64,000 bases of DNA from Amoebophrya sp. A120. Lineage: Eukaryota; Protista; Dinoflagellata. Positions 10,564 to 23,400 of this stretch are shown piece after piece (position 1 is the stretch's first letter; every line of letters starts with the position of its first letter). The notes below the pieces were generated by a model. The model ran no database searches and was not told the DNA's origin. It saw only the letters and a program-made list of their open reading frames with translations. The stretch covers positions 3,777,600-3,841,599 of the forward strand of contig CAJINV010000003.1 of assembly GCA_905178155.1 (NCBI GenBank), written 5' to 3'. The position numbers and the translations under genes are program-made.

Positions 10564-12332
10564 GCGTTCGCCATGAAGGTCTCGACGACCACTCCGCCTA
10601 TGAAGTTTATTTTGTTTTTGATACACGTCGCGTGCTGTTCGCAATATTTACCCTGGAAGGTCTGAGGCAGATGTTGCATGGTGCCGGCTGTTGCTACCGG
10701 CAGAGCCCTGCGGAGGAACGTCTGCCGAGGTAGCGCCGACTTCCGTCTACAGGCCCCCAGGCGCGGGGCCCGCAGGGCTGCGCGCTCAGGCCCGGGACAA
10801 AGACCGCGCGCTCCTTCTCGACGAGGCTGAGCGGACAGAGCTGCAGCGCGGAAAAACCTGCCCGGCGGCAAGGCCACGGACCGCGCCGGGCCGCGTGCTC
10901 TGGCGTCCTAATGGCGACCCGATCTGTGCCGGCCTTCTCCTGGGGGGATCGGCGGCAGAGACGGGCGACAGCAGCGCGGGCACCCTGGCCCGCGCGGCCC
11001 CTCGGCCTGCCTGGCCCCTCCGCTGCCTTCTCTCGGATCGCCGTCCACTCAGTTGCACAGAGCAAGAGCCAGCAGGCCCCCTGGCAGCAATCGACGCTGG
11101 AGAAATCGGCCAAAAAGCTTCCGGCCTGTTAGCGGCCTGCCTCGCGCCGTTCCTCGGCAGGCCGCGGGCTGCCGCCCCAGACGGGAAGCCTGCGAAGCGA
11201 AAACGCCCGCGCGGCAAGGACGAGCCCACGCGGCACGCACAAGACGGAACCTCAGAAGCGGACGCCGGCGCCTTTCCTCGACAAAAGAACTCCTGCCCCG
11301 ACGTAATTCCGAAAACCGCCACCAACTCCGGCCCCTCGGACAGCAAAGGCCGGCGCTTTTGTGGATTCAGGTCGGGGCGGCAGTTCTGGAAACTGTCCCC
11401 CAGCACGACGGCCGCCAGTTTCCGCCCGTGCTGTGTTTCGTTTTCACGCTTGCGGGGCCGGCCTACGCCTGCGCAATATGCGCAGGCACATGAGGCCCAG
11501 AAAGGAGGCGCCGGCCTCCGCATTCGGGCCCCGCGAGGAGCGCCGCGATTCCGGGGGAAAGCCGGCAGCCGGAAACGGCGAAACCGAGGGACAGCCGTCG
11601 GGATCTCGATGCAGAACCCCGGTCCCGCCATATTGGAAGGGGACTTGGTGCAGCCCAGGAAAGACCAGAAGCCGTTCGCCTCCGATTATTTTGAGAGAGA
11701 ACTCAGAAGCGGGGCCCTGACCGCGGTCGATCTATCCCCGGCGTTGGACGCGATCGGCCCGGACTGGCGAGGTCGTCAGTCTCACGAGGCCCGCAGCACT
11801 GCGGTAGCCGCGTTTTCTCAGAAAATGCCCGCACCCAGCCCGCGGGCGCGCCGTCTGCGCTCGTGCCACAGACTTGGCGGGGAGTGCCGCGGCCGCGCGC
11901 CTGCGATGGCGCGCTCGTGTCATTAGACATCCAGGGGGCACTCGACTCCGTGCGCCACTAGTCACCCGTGGGGGACTGCGCCACCAAAGCCGTGCCGCCG
12001 TACATCCGGCCGGCCCTGTGGTCTTTCCTCCGTGGGCGATGTTTCCGCGCCCGTGTTGCCGGCGGCCACAGCACGTGGCACAAGATCCGCAGCGGCGTCC
12101 CGCAAGGCGGGCGCCTTTTCCCCTGGCTGTGCAGCCTGTGCCCCGAGTTCCTCGAAGTGCGCCTGGAGGGTGTTGCCATCATCATCATCATCTACGCCGC
12201 TTGTGCCTGGAGGCACAAGCGGCGTTCGCCGTGAATGATGGTCTCGGCGGTCACTCTGCTTATAAAGTTTGTTTTTGATACCCGTCGCGTGCTGTTCGCG
12301 CATCCAGCAATATTTACCCTGGGAGGCTTGAG
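10564..12332 (+). mobile_element. Degenerate non-LTR retrotransposon RT fragment flanked by ~100-110 bp imperfect direct repeats (10564-10666, 12222-12332)
   Basis: Remnant motifs FRPCCVS, AVDLSPALDAI (xDLxxAFD-like), SFLRGRCFRARVAGGHSTWHKIRSGVPQG and IIIYA (YADD-like); frameshifted and GC-rich. Confidence 0.75.
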
Positions 12333-12701
12333 CTCACGCTATACCTGACTTTTTTGCTTTATTGAATCTCTGTAGCTTTCTTGAAGTAGTACTAAGTTCG
12401 AGCTTGTTACCGAAACACGAGAAGAACGTGAGCGAGATCGAGGTCAAATGTGGAGAAGTATTTGCGAATGTGAAAAGCTGTTGATCTTCCCGTCTTGATG
12501 TGCAGAATCGGGTTTGAAGTGCAAATTGGTACTGCGACAACAAACGAAGAATGACCATATGACACTTGGTGCAAATAAGTGACGACTTTTGTTTGTGCGA
12601 TGCTGACGTAAAAAGCAGGAGGTACAACTACAAGGAGTCCGCCGGTTTTGCGTCGGACTGTCGCAGCAGACGTGGAAGGACTACCTACATTTCCGGTTCT
12701 G

Positions 12702-15700
12702 ATGGAGGAACGGTTAGCGTGCCTGGAGTTGTACGGGCGGCTTCGGGCCGCCGTTCCGGGGAGCAGCGAGCGGGCACGGGCTCTGTTTTCGGTCGAAGAG
12801 GACCAGCGCAAGCGGGTGTTTCTTCGCCTCGTGCCGGACCCGTACGCGACGGAACTGAAACCGAAGCAGTGGCGCTGCACGCACGCGGTGCCCGTGCAGG
12901 CGAAGACCAACGCACTTGTGGACACGGTCGGCGCTTGCCTGTTGGACTGGGTATAAATATGGTGAAGGATATTATGCCCTTACTGCGAAACAAGCGATTT
13001 CGGAAAGCCTATACTTGGTAAATGTGAGAGATCGCGCCGCACAGAGGTTATGTCACTACAGTCGTTTCTTGGAATTTGATAAAAGCGCGTGTTTCTTGTG
13101 GAACATCAAACCGATATAATCATTAAACAGGTCCTGGACGGGTACAATGCGGTCCTTTTATCGATGGGCGCCGAGGGGAGCGGCAAAACCTACACTCTGT
13201 TTGGCCCCCCATCGGGGACGAGCGGTGCAGCCACCGGGGCGTCGGCGGCGCGGAGCGTCGACGCCGACGGCCTGGTCACGGCGTTTCTGCGCGAAGTGTT
13301 CCGCGTGCGGCGCAAGGAGAAATTCCGGGTGGGTTTGTCGTGGTGGGACGTCCGCGGTAGCGAGGTTCGGGACCAGAACGAACGGCCGGTGTTCCGGAAC
13401 CTGACCAAGTTTGACGTGCTGGAACTGCAGTCCTACGGGGAGGCACTGGAGGTTTTAACCGCGCTGCGCGAACGCGACACCGTGCGCAAGCACTGCCTGA
13501 AGAACTCCACCGCGAAGCTCGCCAAGCCGCGGCACCTGTTTTTGCGCGTGGCTCTGTTCCACGACCAGGAAGATCACCTGTTAAGCACGGTGCACTTCGT
13601 TGATCTTGCCTCGGAGAGTGACGCCGAGTGCAAGCGCGACCTGGGGTCGCTGCACGTCTTGCTCCGGGAGGTGGGGGGCGCCTTCGCGGAGACCGAGAAC
13701 CACAACCCCAGCTCCGCCGCGGAGGACGCCGACGGCGGCGGCGGACCGAACGCCTTGCTGCGGTCCCCCGTCTCGCCCCAGTTCAAGTCGGAAAGACAGC
13801 TGGGCGCGTTGCTGATGCCGCTCATCACCGGCAACTGCAAGACCTTCGTGCTCGCCACCGTGCCGGAAACGCAGCTGACGGAACCGCAGATGGAAGAGAC
13901 TGTACGGATTTGTTGCTGTGTTTGAGGCAGGTGGCTTTTACATGGTAAGTTTACAACTAAATGTAGAGGAAGTGGAGGTCGTCGGTACTAAAGGTATACT
14001 TTTACAAACCTTCTTGGTAGATACCTTTTCATCGTGGGACCCTTTGTGTAGAGATTCCCACTTCGCTGTGCTGCACGCTCATTGTTCTATGCACCTACCG
14101 CAGATTCGCTGCCTGGACACAGCCGAACGGGCATCGCTTATGGCGACGACGTGCCGGCGGCTGTATTTACGCGGCGGGGTCGACCTCATTCCGCTGCGCG
14201 TCGGATGGACCCCGCCCACGGGCGCGGACGAGAAAATTCGGCGACCTTCGGTGGATCTTTCTACGGTGGGCGACCACGTGGGGCCGGAGGATCTGCATCG
14301 AGTCCGGCGCTTCACTGGCGATAGCTCCATCCTCGCCGGAGACCAGTGGGACCACGAAAATGTGCTTCCAACCGAAAGGCTTTTCGCAGACGAGATCGAC
14401 CCGGCGATTGACAGGAGAAACGCTTTCGACACCATAACCGCGCCGAAGGAACAATCGGATAAAAATTCCTTCCGATCGACGACTCGCAAGGCCGACCAGG
14501 AGCCGCCGCCAGCACCACCGCCCAACCTTCTGGCTTCGAACGACCCCTCCGAAGATACAAGCGCATCGCCCCGAGGGGCGGGGGAACATCAATCGTCGAT
14601 GAACAGTACGACCTCTAAGTCACCGGCCGCCGCAGCCAGCACAAAAAGTATCATCGCCGGCACTACAGTGCGCGCGTCTTCGTCCACGGCTCGACTCGGA
14701 TCGCCGGAAGCTGCGCGTGGCAATAAGGGCGGCACGACATCTGCAACCGGAGCACCAGCAGGACTGCTGCAGCAGTACTACGGCAACACCTCCAACTACC
14801 TGGAGGTTTCGCGGCCACCGGATTCGCCCAAGAAACAGCCGGGGGCCGACAAGAAGCTGGCGCAGGACTACGAGGCGCTGCTGCTGGCGCACCGGCGCGT
14901 GCTGAAGCAGGTGGAGGTGCTCCAGGCGTCTAAAGTTTCCGCCGTGGACCACGACTTACTCACCGACAAGTACCGCCGCGCGTTGCGCCAGATCGAAACG
15001 TTGGAAGAGCGCGAGATCGGGGCGGAGGAGCTGGCGGAGCGGGACCTGCAGATTCAGGACCTGAAGCTCGCCGTGCTGGATGTGAAGAAGAAGCTCCGCG
15101 CGGCAGTGGGGGAGAAGTTGGTGGACCTCGACCTGGACGTTTCGCGAAACCCCTACGCCCTGTTTGACGAGCTGGAAACCGAAATCACCCGTCTGCGTCG
15201 CGAGGTGCAGGCGCAACAGGAACGGAATGTGCGCCTAGCACTGGAGCTGGAAAGGTTTTGGAGGAAGTTTCTGTAGTTCTCGTTGATTGGTCGTTTCGTG
15301 CGGGCTTAATATTTTCAAGTGAGTATAGTCTCGAAGCGCCGTTCTTGAGTGGATGGCGTTTCTTGGATCTCGCGAAATGTTTGTACTGCTTTTTTGCATT
15401 TATTATGCTATGCAAGAATGTTTTCGACAGGTACCAAAATCCGCTGGGGGTTGCGAACCTGGACAGTGCGAAGTTGCCCAAGTTTGTGAAGGACTTGCAA
15501 CGCGATCTGCAGAGCCTTCGGCAGCGCGAAGACGAGTTCGCGCGGTCCGAGCGCAGCAACAAACTTGTATCGAAGTGCGTGCAGGACCTCACGACCAAGC
15601 TTGGCAGGACGGAGCAGCAGCTAAAAGAGTCGCAAAAAAGGGCCGACCTTGCCGAGAAGAAAGCTGATGCGAGTGAGGAGTTTCTCGAAAAGGTTCTGAA

Positions 15701-16431
15701 GAAGGCACGTGAAACGGAGTCCGACCTGGAAATGTACATAAGGGCCTTTTTCTGTCATTTTTTTTTCCGTGCGCAGCATCATACACTTGCTGCTGTAAGT
15801 ACATCAAGGAGGAGCTGTACTATGTTCATCTTGATTGTCGTACTTCCTTCATAGGTTGGCGTTGTACCGGAAGCATCGATAAGCATTCAGATAAAAACGC
15901 ATCATGCGGAATAAGAATATCGAAATAATGTATCTACTTTACACCAGCATGCGCAAGACAAACGAGGGGTTGGAGATCGAAGTTGCGGGGCTCAAGGAGG
16001 CGTGTTTTCACCACATGCAGTACAAACGGCAAGACGATTTGCTGACGAAGTTTTTGCCGCTGTCGCGAGAGCTGAAGACCGGGAGCACGAGGGGATCGGT
16101 GCTGCGTGCGGGCGGGGGGGCGACCACGTCCTGGACCGGGACGAATCCGAGCAAGGTGCTCACAGATAACTTTGAAAAACTGCACAAGGAGATCACCGGG
16201 AACCCGGACTTGCGTTTCATTGTGCCGCTCTCCGCGCGGGTCAAGAGCGGTCTGGACGCGCTGCTGCGGCAGCACTCCACGCTCGAGGAAAAAGCGGCCA
16301 CCGCGTTGCAAGTCATGCAGCGGTCGGTCGCAGACGAGATTCGGGATGTGTCCCCTGCACCCTCTGCCCGCAGTCAAGTCTCGTTCCTCTCCACGGGCCG
16401 ACGTGGCAACCGCTCGACTTTGAGAACATAA
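12702..16431 (+). CDS. Divergent kinesin-like protein (N-terminal motor domain plus coiled coil); GT-AG introns 12951-13130, 13902-14103, ~15256-15430, ~15733-15947
   Basis: VLDGYNAVLLSMGAEGSGKTYTLFG P-loop; FVDLASE; LITGNCKTFVLATV; C-terminal coiled coil. Confidence 0.85.
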
Positions 16432-17407
16432 AGATTGATGGACGGTAGAATCACGCTGCATGAAGAACAAGCACCGAAGCGGCCTTATGTGGTGTCTTGC
16501 GCAGCCTCGGGCTTTGCATGTCGTGATTCCCAACACTACTTCCACATAGATACATGCACATGCATTTGAGCATTGAAGCGCACAATTCAATGATGCAGCA
16601 CCAACATGCGCCGTCCGTGCTGGTCCCAAAAAGTGAGCAGTACTCAGCTCGACGTGTGCAGCGCGTTCTCATGTTTTTTGTGAAGCGAGAGAAAAATAAA
16701 AATCTCCGTGTCGGAACTGAAAAGTTCTTTTCATGGACCCGTCGTTCGTTTACGTTCTTCCAAGTCAGATGTGTGCGTTCTCACTAGCCAGCAGTCGTTT
16801 GTCGTAGGTGTGACACTTTCACTTCGTCGTCCGTTCCCGTTGTCGTGTCGTCTTTCAAGGGGCGTCAGCGAAATTGCAGGCCAAGTAAAGGCTCGTTCAG
16901 TTTAGAATCTTTTCGTTCAAGTTGAATTCGTGCGATATCAGTGTCGATATCGTTGACTGAGTATGTAGACAGCAGACTTTCCCATTGGATATTTGCGGAG
17001 TTACATCAGGTTGTTGTTGCTTAGGAAACCGATAGCGATAAGTTTTATTTCCCTTACCTGTCTGTAGTGCCCCAGCAGAACAACTTTCCCATGATGGACC
17101 TACCCACCTGTATCAAGAACGACCCTCCACCATCAAATATGTATCTGCGAAAAGAGAAGAATCACTGTAGTTTTACCGGCCGATAGGTATGGTTCTTCCC
17201 AGCACAATTTTATCTTTCAACATCCTTGGACCCCTCCCAGTTTGCTACTTACCTTCACCCCAATAATTTTGCGTGATCGTGACTAGACATGGATTTATTT
17301 GCTACTCCCCGCCTCTCTCATTCCGTCGCATGGCGGGGTTGTTAGTCTGGAGCAAACCGGCGAGCAACTCAGCGTACCACGGAAGTGCTACGGTCGTTCC
17401 CAGCAGG

Positions 17408-20400
17408 ATGCGTTGCGGTCGATCGCTCCTCGTTGCGGTTTGCTTGGGTGTCTTCGTGCCAGCCGTCGTCGTACGGACAGCTGAAGTTCTTGCACAGGCA
17501 TCCTCGTCGACTCAGCGTAGCACCGCGACAACGCGTGCGCGCAGGCGACTGACGAGACGGGATCATCATGCGCCAGTGTTTCAATCGCTGCGCGGCACGT
17601 TCCTCGATAAGAGAAGGCGTAAAGTAAATCGGTTTCTGCGAAGAGCGGCCGTGGTAGACGATAAGTATAACAGGATCGAGCTACTAGGCGCATCGAATGA
17701 TGATGATCGAATAAAGAGCACAAGTGAGGCGGAGCTCGCGGCCGCTGCGGCGCCAGGAGCACCGGCGGGGCAGGGCTCTTCCAAGACGTCCGCAGTGTTA
17801 ACCACCCTGCCGCCCTTCTCCATGGAGACCAAGTTGGCGAGGGAGGCAATGATCCAGGACTTTCTGCGCAAGGAATTCGCCCCCGAGGCGACCTTCAAGC
17901 CGGAAGTGGTCACGCGGGCCGAGCCTGGTTCGTACCCCATCAACTATTGCAGCGCGCTGCCGCTGCTCGCAGAGAACACCGCGGCTTCATCCGCTGTGGA
18001 CAACGCGAAGAACGGTTCCGCCGTGGCGACGCCGTCGGCTTTCGGACAACAACTGTGCAGCTGCGGGGGCTACGTTGTGAGTACCACCACTAGTTCCCTC
18101 GGAAACAAGGAGAACAACGGCACAGCCGCGTCTCACACGATGATCACTTTGAACCTAGCGCAGGAGTGGGGCGGGGCGACGGAAGATCATGATGTTGACC
18201 TGTATTCTCCGTCGGAAGAAAAGACTCATTCGCTGGTGCGACTGAAAAACAGTATCCGGCCACGGAACTTGGGGAATCCCTTGACCGACAGTGTGCAACT
18301 GCAGTACTGCTGCGCGAGCCGCTACATTGTGTTCGCGGTCAAAAGCAGTCAGGGCGTCCCTGGTGTCTCCCCGGCAACCCGCTGGTCCTACATTGATGTC
18401 GAGGACTATCGGCGCCGCGAAATCGACGGGGAGCCTCGAGCCTGCACGGTATGCGACAAATTGCAAATGCGGACGGCTTCCTTTTCCCACACGGGGTATT
18501 TCCGCCGGGAGCCGTATTTGGCAATCCCGGAGGCGGCGAAGGCAAACTCCAATGGGCGCAATGATGTCGCTTTAACGGCGTTTCGCTACGCCCTGCGAGC
18601 GGACCGAGCCTTGTTGGAGGAGATGTCGAAACGCTTCTCCGAAACGGGAAATGGGAACGCAACTACCCCCACGACACCGGCAGCGGCAAGTCAGACGGTC
18701 ACCAACGCCTGTTTGCGTCAAGTGAGACGTGGCCAGTGGCGCCTGCGTGCCTACAAGGTGGCCACGGAGGACGGGTTGAAGGATTTTGTGTGGGATAGTC
18801 CAAACGTCGAAAGCGGTCGAGACCCGCTACGGGAAGGTGACAACGTCGTTGAGCCCAGAAGACATCTTCCGCTCGGCTGGAGCGCCTGGAAGCGGACGGT
18901 GGTAGAATCCGGGGAGCAGGAAGATCCGCTTTGTGAACTCGGTCCGCTTCCGCAGGAGGTAATAACCAGCATCAATAGCACTAACCAGAGTCAACAGTTC
19001 TTCTCGCAAGAATCGTCTGGTGCTTTTTTGCAGGAGCGCGACGAGAGTAACATAACTGCAGGGGGCGTGCCGCCGGGGGCAGAGAAAAATTCGTCGAATG
19101 CTACCAATGAGACGTCGGCCACGACCTTTGCTCCGGGACTAGTCAAAGATACTATCGGCGGGTCGGGCGAAAATAAAACTCCCACCATGCATCCGGGACT
19201 GGCTTTCGACATGACTGGTACAACAACTGCCCCTCCAGGAGCGAGCGAAGGTACAACAACTGCCCCTCCAGAGGTCACGCCCGCTGCCCTTCCAGTGGAG
19301 GAGCAGGTTATTCCAGACGAAAAGCTAGAAGGGCTGGCCCTCACTTGCTTGAGCTCGCAGCACGTGGAATTGTCTCCAGGACGGAGTGACAGCTGTTTTC
19401 AGACAGCCATGGGCTATGCTTTCCCCCCGGCAGTGTTGGCAGAAGTGCCGCACGTGATGCTGCAGCGTGTTCCGCCCGTTCAGTGCGAAAGCTGGTGTTA
19501 CAGGCTTGGCAGAGAGAATTGCGCCGCTTTTCAAGCCATGCGGATCGAGCCGCTCCGAGGAACACCAGTTTGGGCGTGCACACTCCTGAAGCAGAAGCCA
19601 GAGGTCCAGCCGACCACACTGGCGGTTGGTCCGCAAGTTTTTGAAGTGCTGGACAGTGAGGCGTCCGACCAGGATAAAGTACAGCAAGCCGACCTGTTGC
19701 AGCGGAATCCGACCGCTCTCATCGGGGTGCGGTGTCGCGATCCGTCCATACAGAAACTCGATCCGCAAACCGGCGAGAAGTTGGGGACGATTACGGGGCT
19801 GATGCCTCGCGGTTACGCGGTCTCTGCGGCAGCAGACGCCTACTCTCTGAAACCCGTAGACGGGCCCGTTTGTAGCCTGAAAAGTGTAAAAGAGTTCCGG
19901 GGACCAACACGCGAGAGCTGCCTGGAGTTGTGCACCGCGAATCATGCCTGCCGGGGCATCGCGTTTCGCCAAGGAGTCAAGAGCGTGGCGTCCGAAGCGG
20001 CACCAGAACGGCTGGCCGATTCTCTTTGTGTCCTGTTACATTCCGACACGGAAGTGCTGTTGGACGTGGAAGCGGCGGCACAGATTCAGGCGGACGGGAG
20101 CTTCTGTCTGACGATCGGGCCTGAGATGGCCGCGCTTGGCGGCGGGGTTTGGCTAAAGGGTCATCGCGAGGCCTGTGGGGTAAAGGAAAACAGTGAGGTT
20201 CCTATGGACATATCTTCTGCGCAGGCTGGCATCGGCGGAATCGCTCGCACCTCTTCGGCGTTGTCCGGTTACCTGCCCACCGTGGGCTTGCCCATCGGGC
20301 CCATGGAACTGACCGACGCGAATGCCCCCGTTTTAAACCGGCAGTGGTTACACAATGAGTTTGCAATCCGCGTGCGGGCCTCGCGCGTTGTTGTCGACGC

Positions 20401-23400
20401 GGTTCGCGGGGAGCCCGTCAACGAGGACTCGGACGAACTCGTACAGGTCGACCCTGGCGCGGCCTGCGCGAACGAGTGCAGGGCCAGGAGCTGCTCCTTC
20501 TACATGCTTCGCGCGCTTCCCGGGGAGCTGCGGACGGACCGCAGTTCCTTCCGCTTCCAAGAAAGCGGCAGGCTGCGGCGGCAGTCCAGTGACGAGAAAA
20601 CGGGGTCCTCGTCCACCGCCGACGGGACGACCGGGGCGAGTGGCTCTTCGTTTCTGGACGTACAGCGTGGACGAGAGCCACAGTCCCCGCAACTGGCCGA
20701 GCTAATGGAACAACTCAAGAGCAGCACGGCCGCATCGCTAGGCCTAGGACCCGAAGCCGCGGGCGAGAGTGAAGCGGTCTTGTCGACGCGCGAGATGCAA
20801 AAGTGGCGCGAAGACTACGTCTACTGCAGCCTTTGGACGGACGAAGCGGACGTCAAGAAGTACGACGTAGAGCGGGTTCTCGGGGCTATCTCTTTGCGCA
20901 TCTGGGCACCTTGGTTGCCAGACACCTCTCTATGCTTGAACCCCGCTGTCACTCCCATCGAACGGCGACCGCCACTGCTCGTGGAGTCCGCGTTGGCCAG
21001 AGCGCCGATTCGCTTTGGGCAGCGTGGCCAGGTGCTGGAGGAAGGTGTAGAGGAGGCGTCCATGGATCCTTTATTGTCGCTGCCGGTGCGACGTTTGTCT
21101 CCGCTTCAGAGGACGGGTGCGCGACCGTCCCCTCCGCCCCCGAGTGTGGGCGGCCGCGGTATTTTAGGGAAAAACGCCACAACTGTATTATCGGGCCAAG
21201 CTGGAGGCGCTAGTCAGAAGTTGTCACGCCAGGACGAGGACAATATGAGGCTCAACATGCAAGAAGAACCTAAGATGCTGGCCGACCTTCGGAGGGAACA
21301 ACAAGAAACACCCTTCCAGCCTGGCGCCTCGGCTTTGGAAGTGGCGGCGCGGCGGCGCAGCTCTCCGAGCTCCCAGGATCTTCCCCGCGCGGTGCCACCC
21401 GGACAGCAAAAGTCGCTCGATATGCTGGCGGACTTTCGCGAGTATCGGTGGTATGCGGACTCCGTGTTGAAAAACATCTGCTCTGCGGAGGCAGATGCAA
21501 CATCGCCCTTGGCCAACGACTGGCGATCGAAACTCGGAATCCAGGTCGCTCTTCCTGGACCTGCGGTGCCGGAGTGGGAGCGATCTCTTCGGGTTTTAGA
21601 CCCCAAGTGCAACAGCTGGCTCGAGAAGGACGGGGCTAGTTCCGACGGGCGTTACGCGCCCTCCCAGTGCGTGGTGGGCCTTCCGGTGCCGAAGCCGGGC
21701 GACGCCGCACAACGGCCGGACTTCCCGCCCCTCATTCCCGAGACGGATTCTCGTGGGCGCGCGAAGGAACCGGGTTACGTTTCCTGCACCCCAGCCAAGG
21801 GGTACGACGCGGAGGACTACCGGCTCTGGTATCCAACCGTGTTCCCCGCGGAGCATGTTCCCCGGGAGAAGCAATCCACGTACAACCACGACGAGGGCTT
21901 TGTGACGAAAGCGGTTTTTCCCCTAATCGAACAAGCCATCGAATACCGGCCGGACGACTTTCCCGCCTTTTGGCATTATCACCGAGTAGCGGAGGGTTTC
22001 GCGGGAACGAAGCGTCCAATCACTTGGCTCTTCGCACAGGAAAACGACGTTAACCCCGCCCGCAGACTCCTGGTCATGCACAAGCGCTGGCAGCGGCCGT
22101 CCGGCGACGGCGGCCTTCCTTGGACGCCCGACCCTGCGTTGGGAGATCCGCTGGAAGCCTCGCTGGGAAAGACGCGGGCTGAGTTGGTGCAGGACCTGGG
22201 AGCGAAACTGCAGACTCGGGAGCTGCAAGAGCCCGTTGAGGTCACGGACGCAATGTTGCCGCGCCAGGTCCAGGACGGGGCCCTGTGGGATTTGATGGTC
22301 TTCGCGTACCCACTGGGTTTATCGGAGGATGACTTCTCTCCGGCCGCGGCCGAGATGAGTCAGAGCAAATACGTCGATCACATGGTCCATGTGTACAGCA
22401 TGGAGGGACCCGTCATTCTCAACCTGACGCAAGAACTCCTGGTCGACCCACTTCCTTATGACGGCGGACCTGCTGTCGGCGGTTGGGGCAGCGCGTATTA
22501 TGCTTTTTCGGACGACGACTGGGTCCGAAAGGAGGCGTACCGCAGTCTTGTCTTGGAGGTCCTTCCGCTGGTGTACGAATTACCTTCGCTGCTGAGGTCG
22601 GTTGAGGATATTAGTTCTGGCGTTAGTACCTTTCGGACAACGCTGATGATGCAAGCATCACGGAGGCCTCCACTTGGAGCAGGCCGCGGGGGGTCTTCAC
22701 CATCCGCGTCGGCGACCGAGGACGCTGCCGCCGCTGTTGCTGCTCCTGCTGCTGCAACCTCGGAGCAGTCAGTTCCAGTAACCAGGGACGATGCATTTCA
22801 GACCGCCGACGAGGAAGATCCGGAAGGAGCTTTAGATTTATCTCTTTCAGTTTCTCGTGAGGACGCTGTTCTTGCCGGAGAAGCTCGTGTCCCCAAGAAC
22901 ATTACCAGCAAGACGACAACCACTTCGAGTGTGGTCGTTCCAGAAAAAATTATTGTAGGCGGAGAGACTCTCGACGCAGGTGAGGTTTATTTTGCTGAAA
23001 GCACGGCAGAAGACCTCCACTCGTCAACAGCAACACCAGTCTTCGATTCGCAGGACGTTCAAGACCAGCACCCTCCATCGGGCCCGAGCGCGGCGGACGC
23101 CGGGTCGCCGCGTTTTTCCGCTTCGATTCAACATGTGGTGACTACCACTAGTGCAACTACTGCTGCTCCACCCGTTGACTCCAGGTGGTTCGATGAGACG
23201 ACAGAGGCGTACGCGGTGGAATACGAAAAGCTGCAACTGTACTACCTCCGGCTGTTGGAGGCGCGCAACGAGAATATCCGGCGGTTCGCGGCGGCGGAAG
23301 GCTTCCGGGGCGGGCAGCTAACGCCAATCCGGGCCCAGCTCGTCCAGGTGATCGACGCGGACCGGGCCATGGTGCAGGTGCCGCTGGCAAAAAACGCGCA

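Noticed and set aside
10691-11926. 411-aa ORF as a functional gene
   Set aside because: Decayed RT remnant with lost catalytic motifs and frameshifts.
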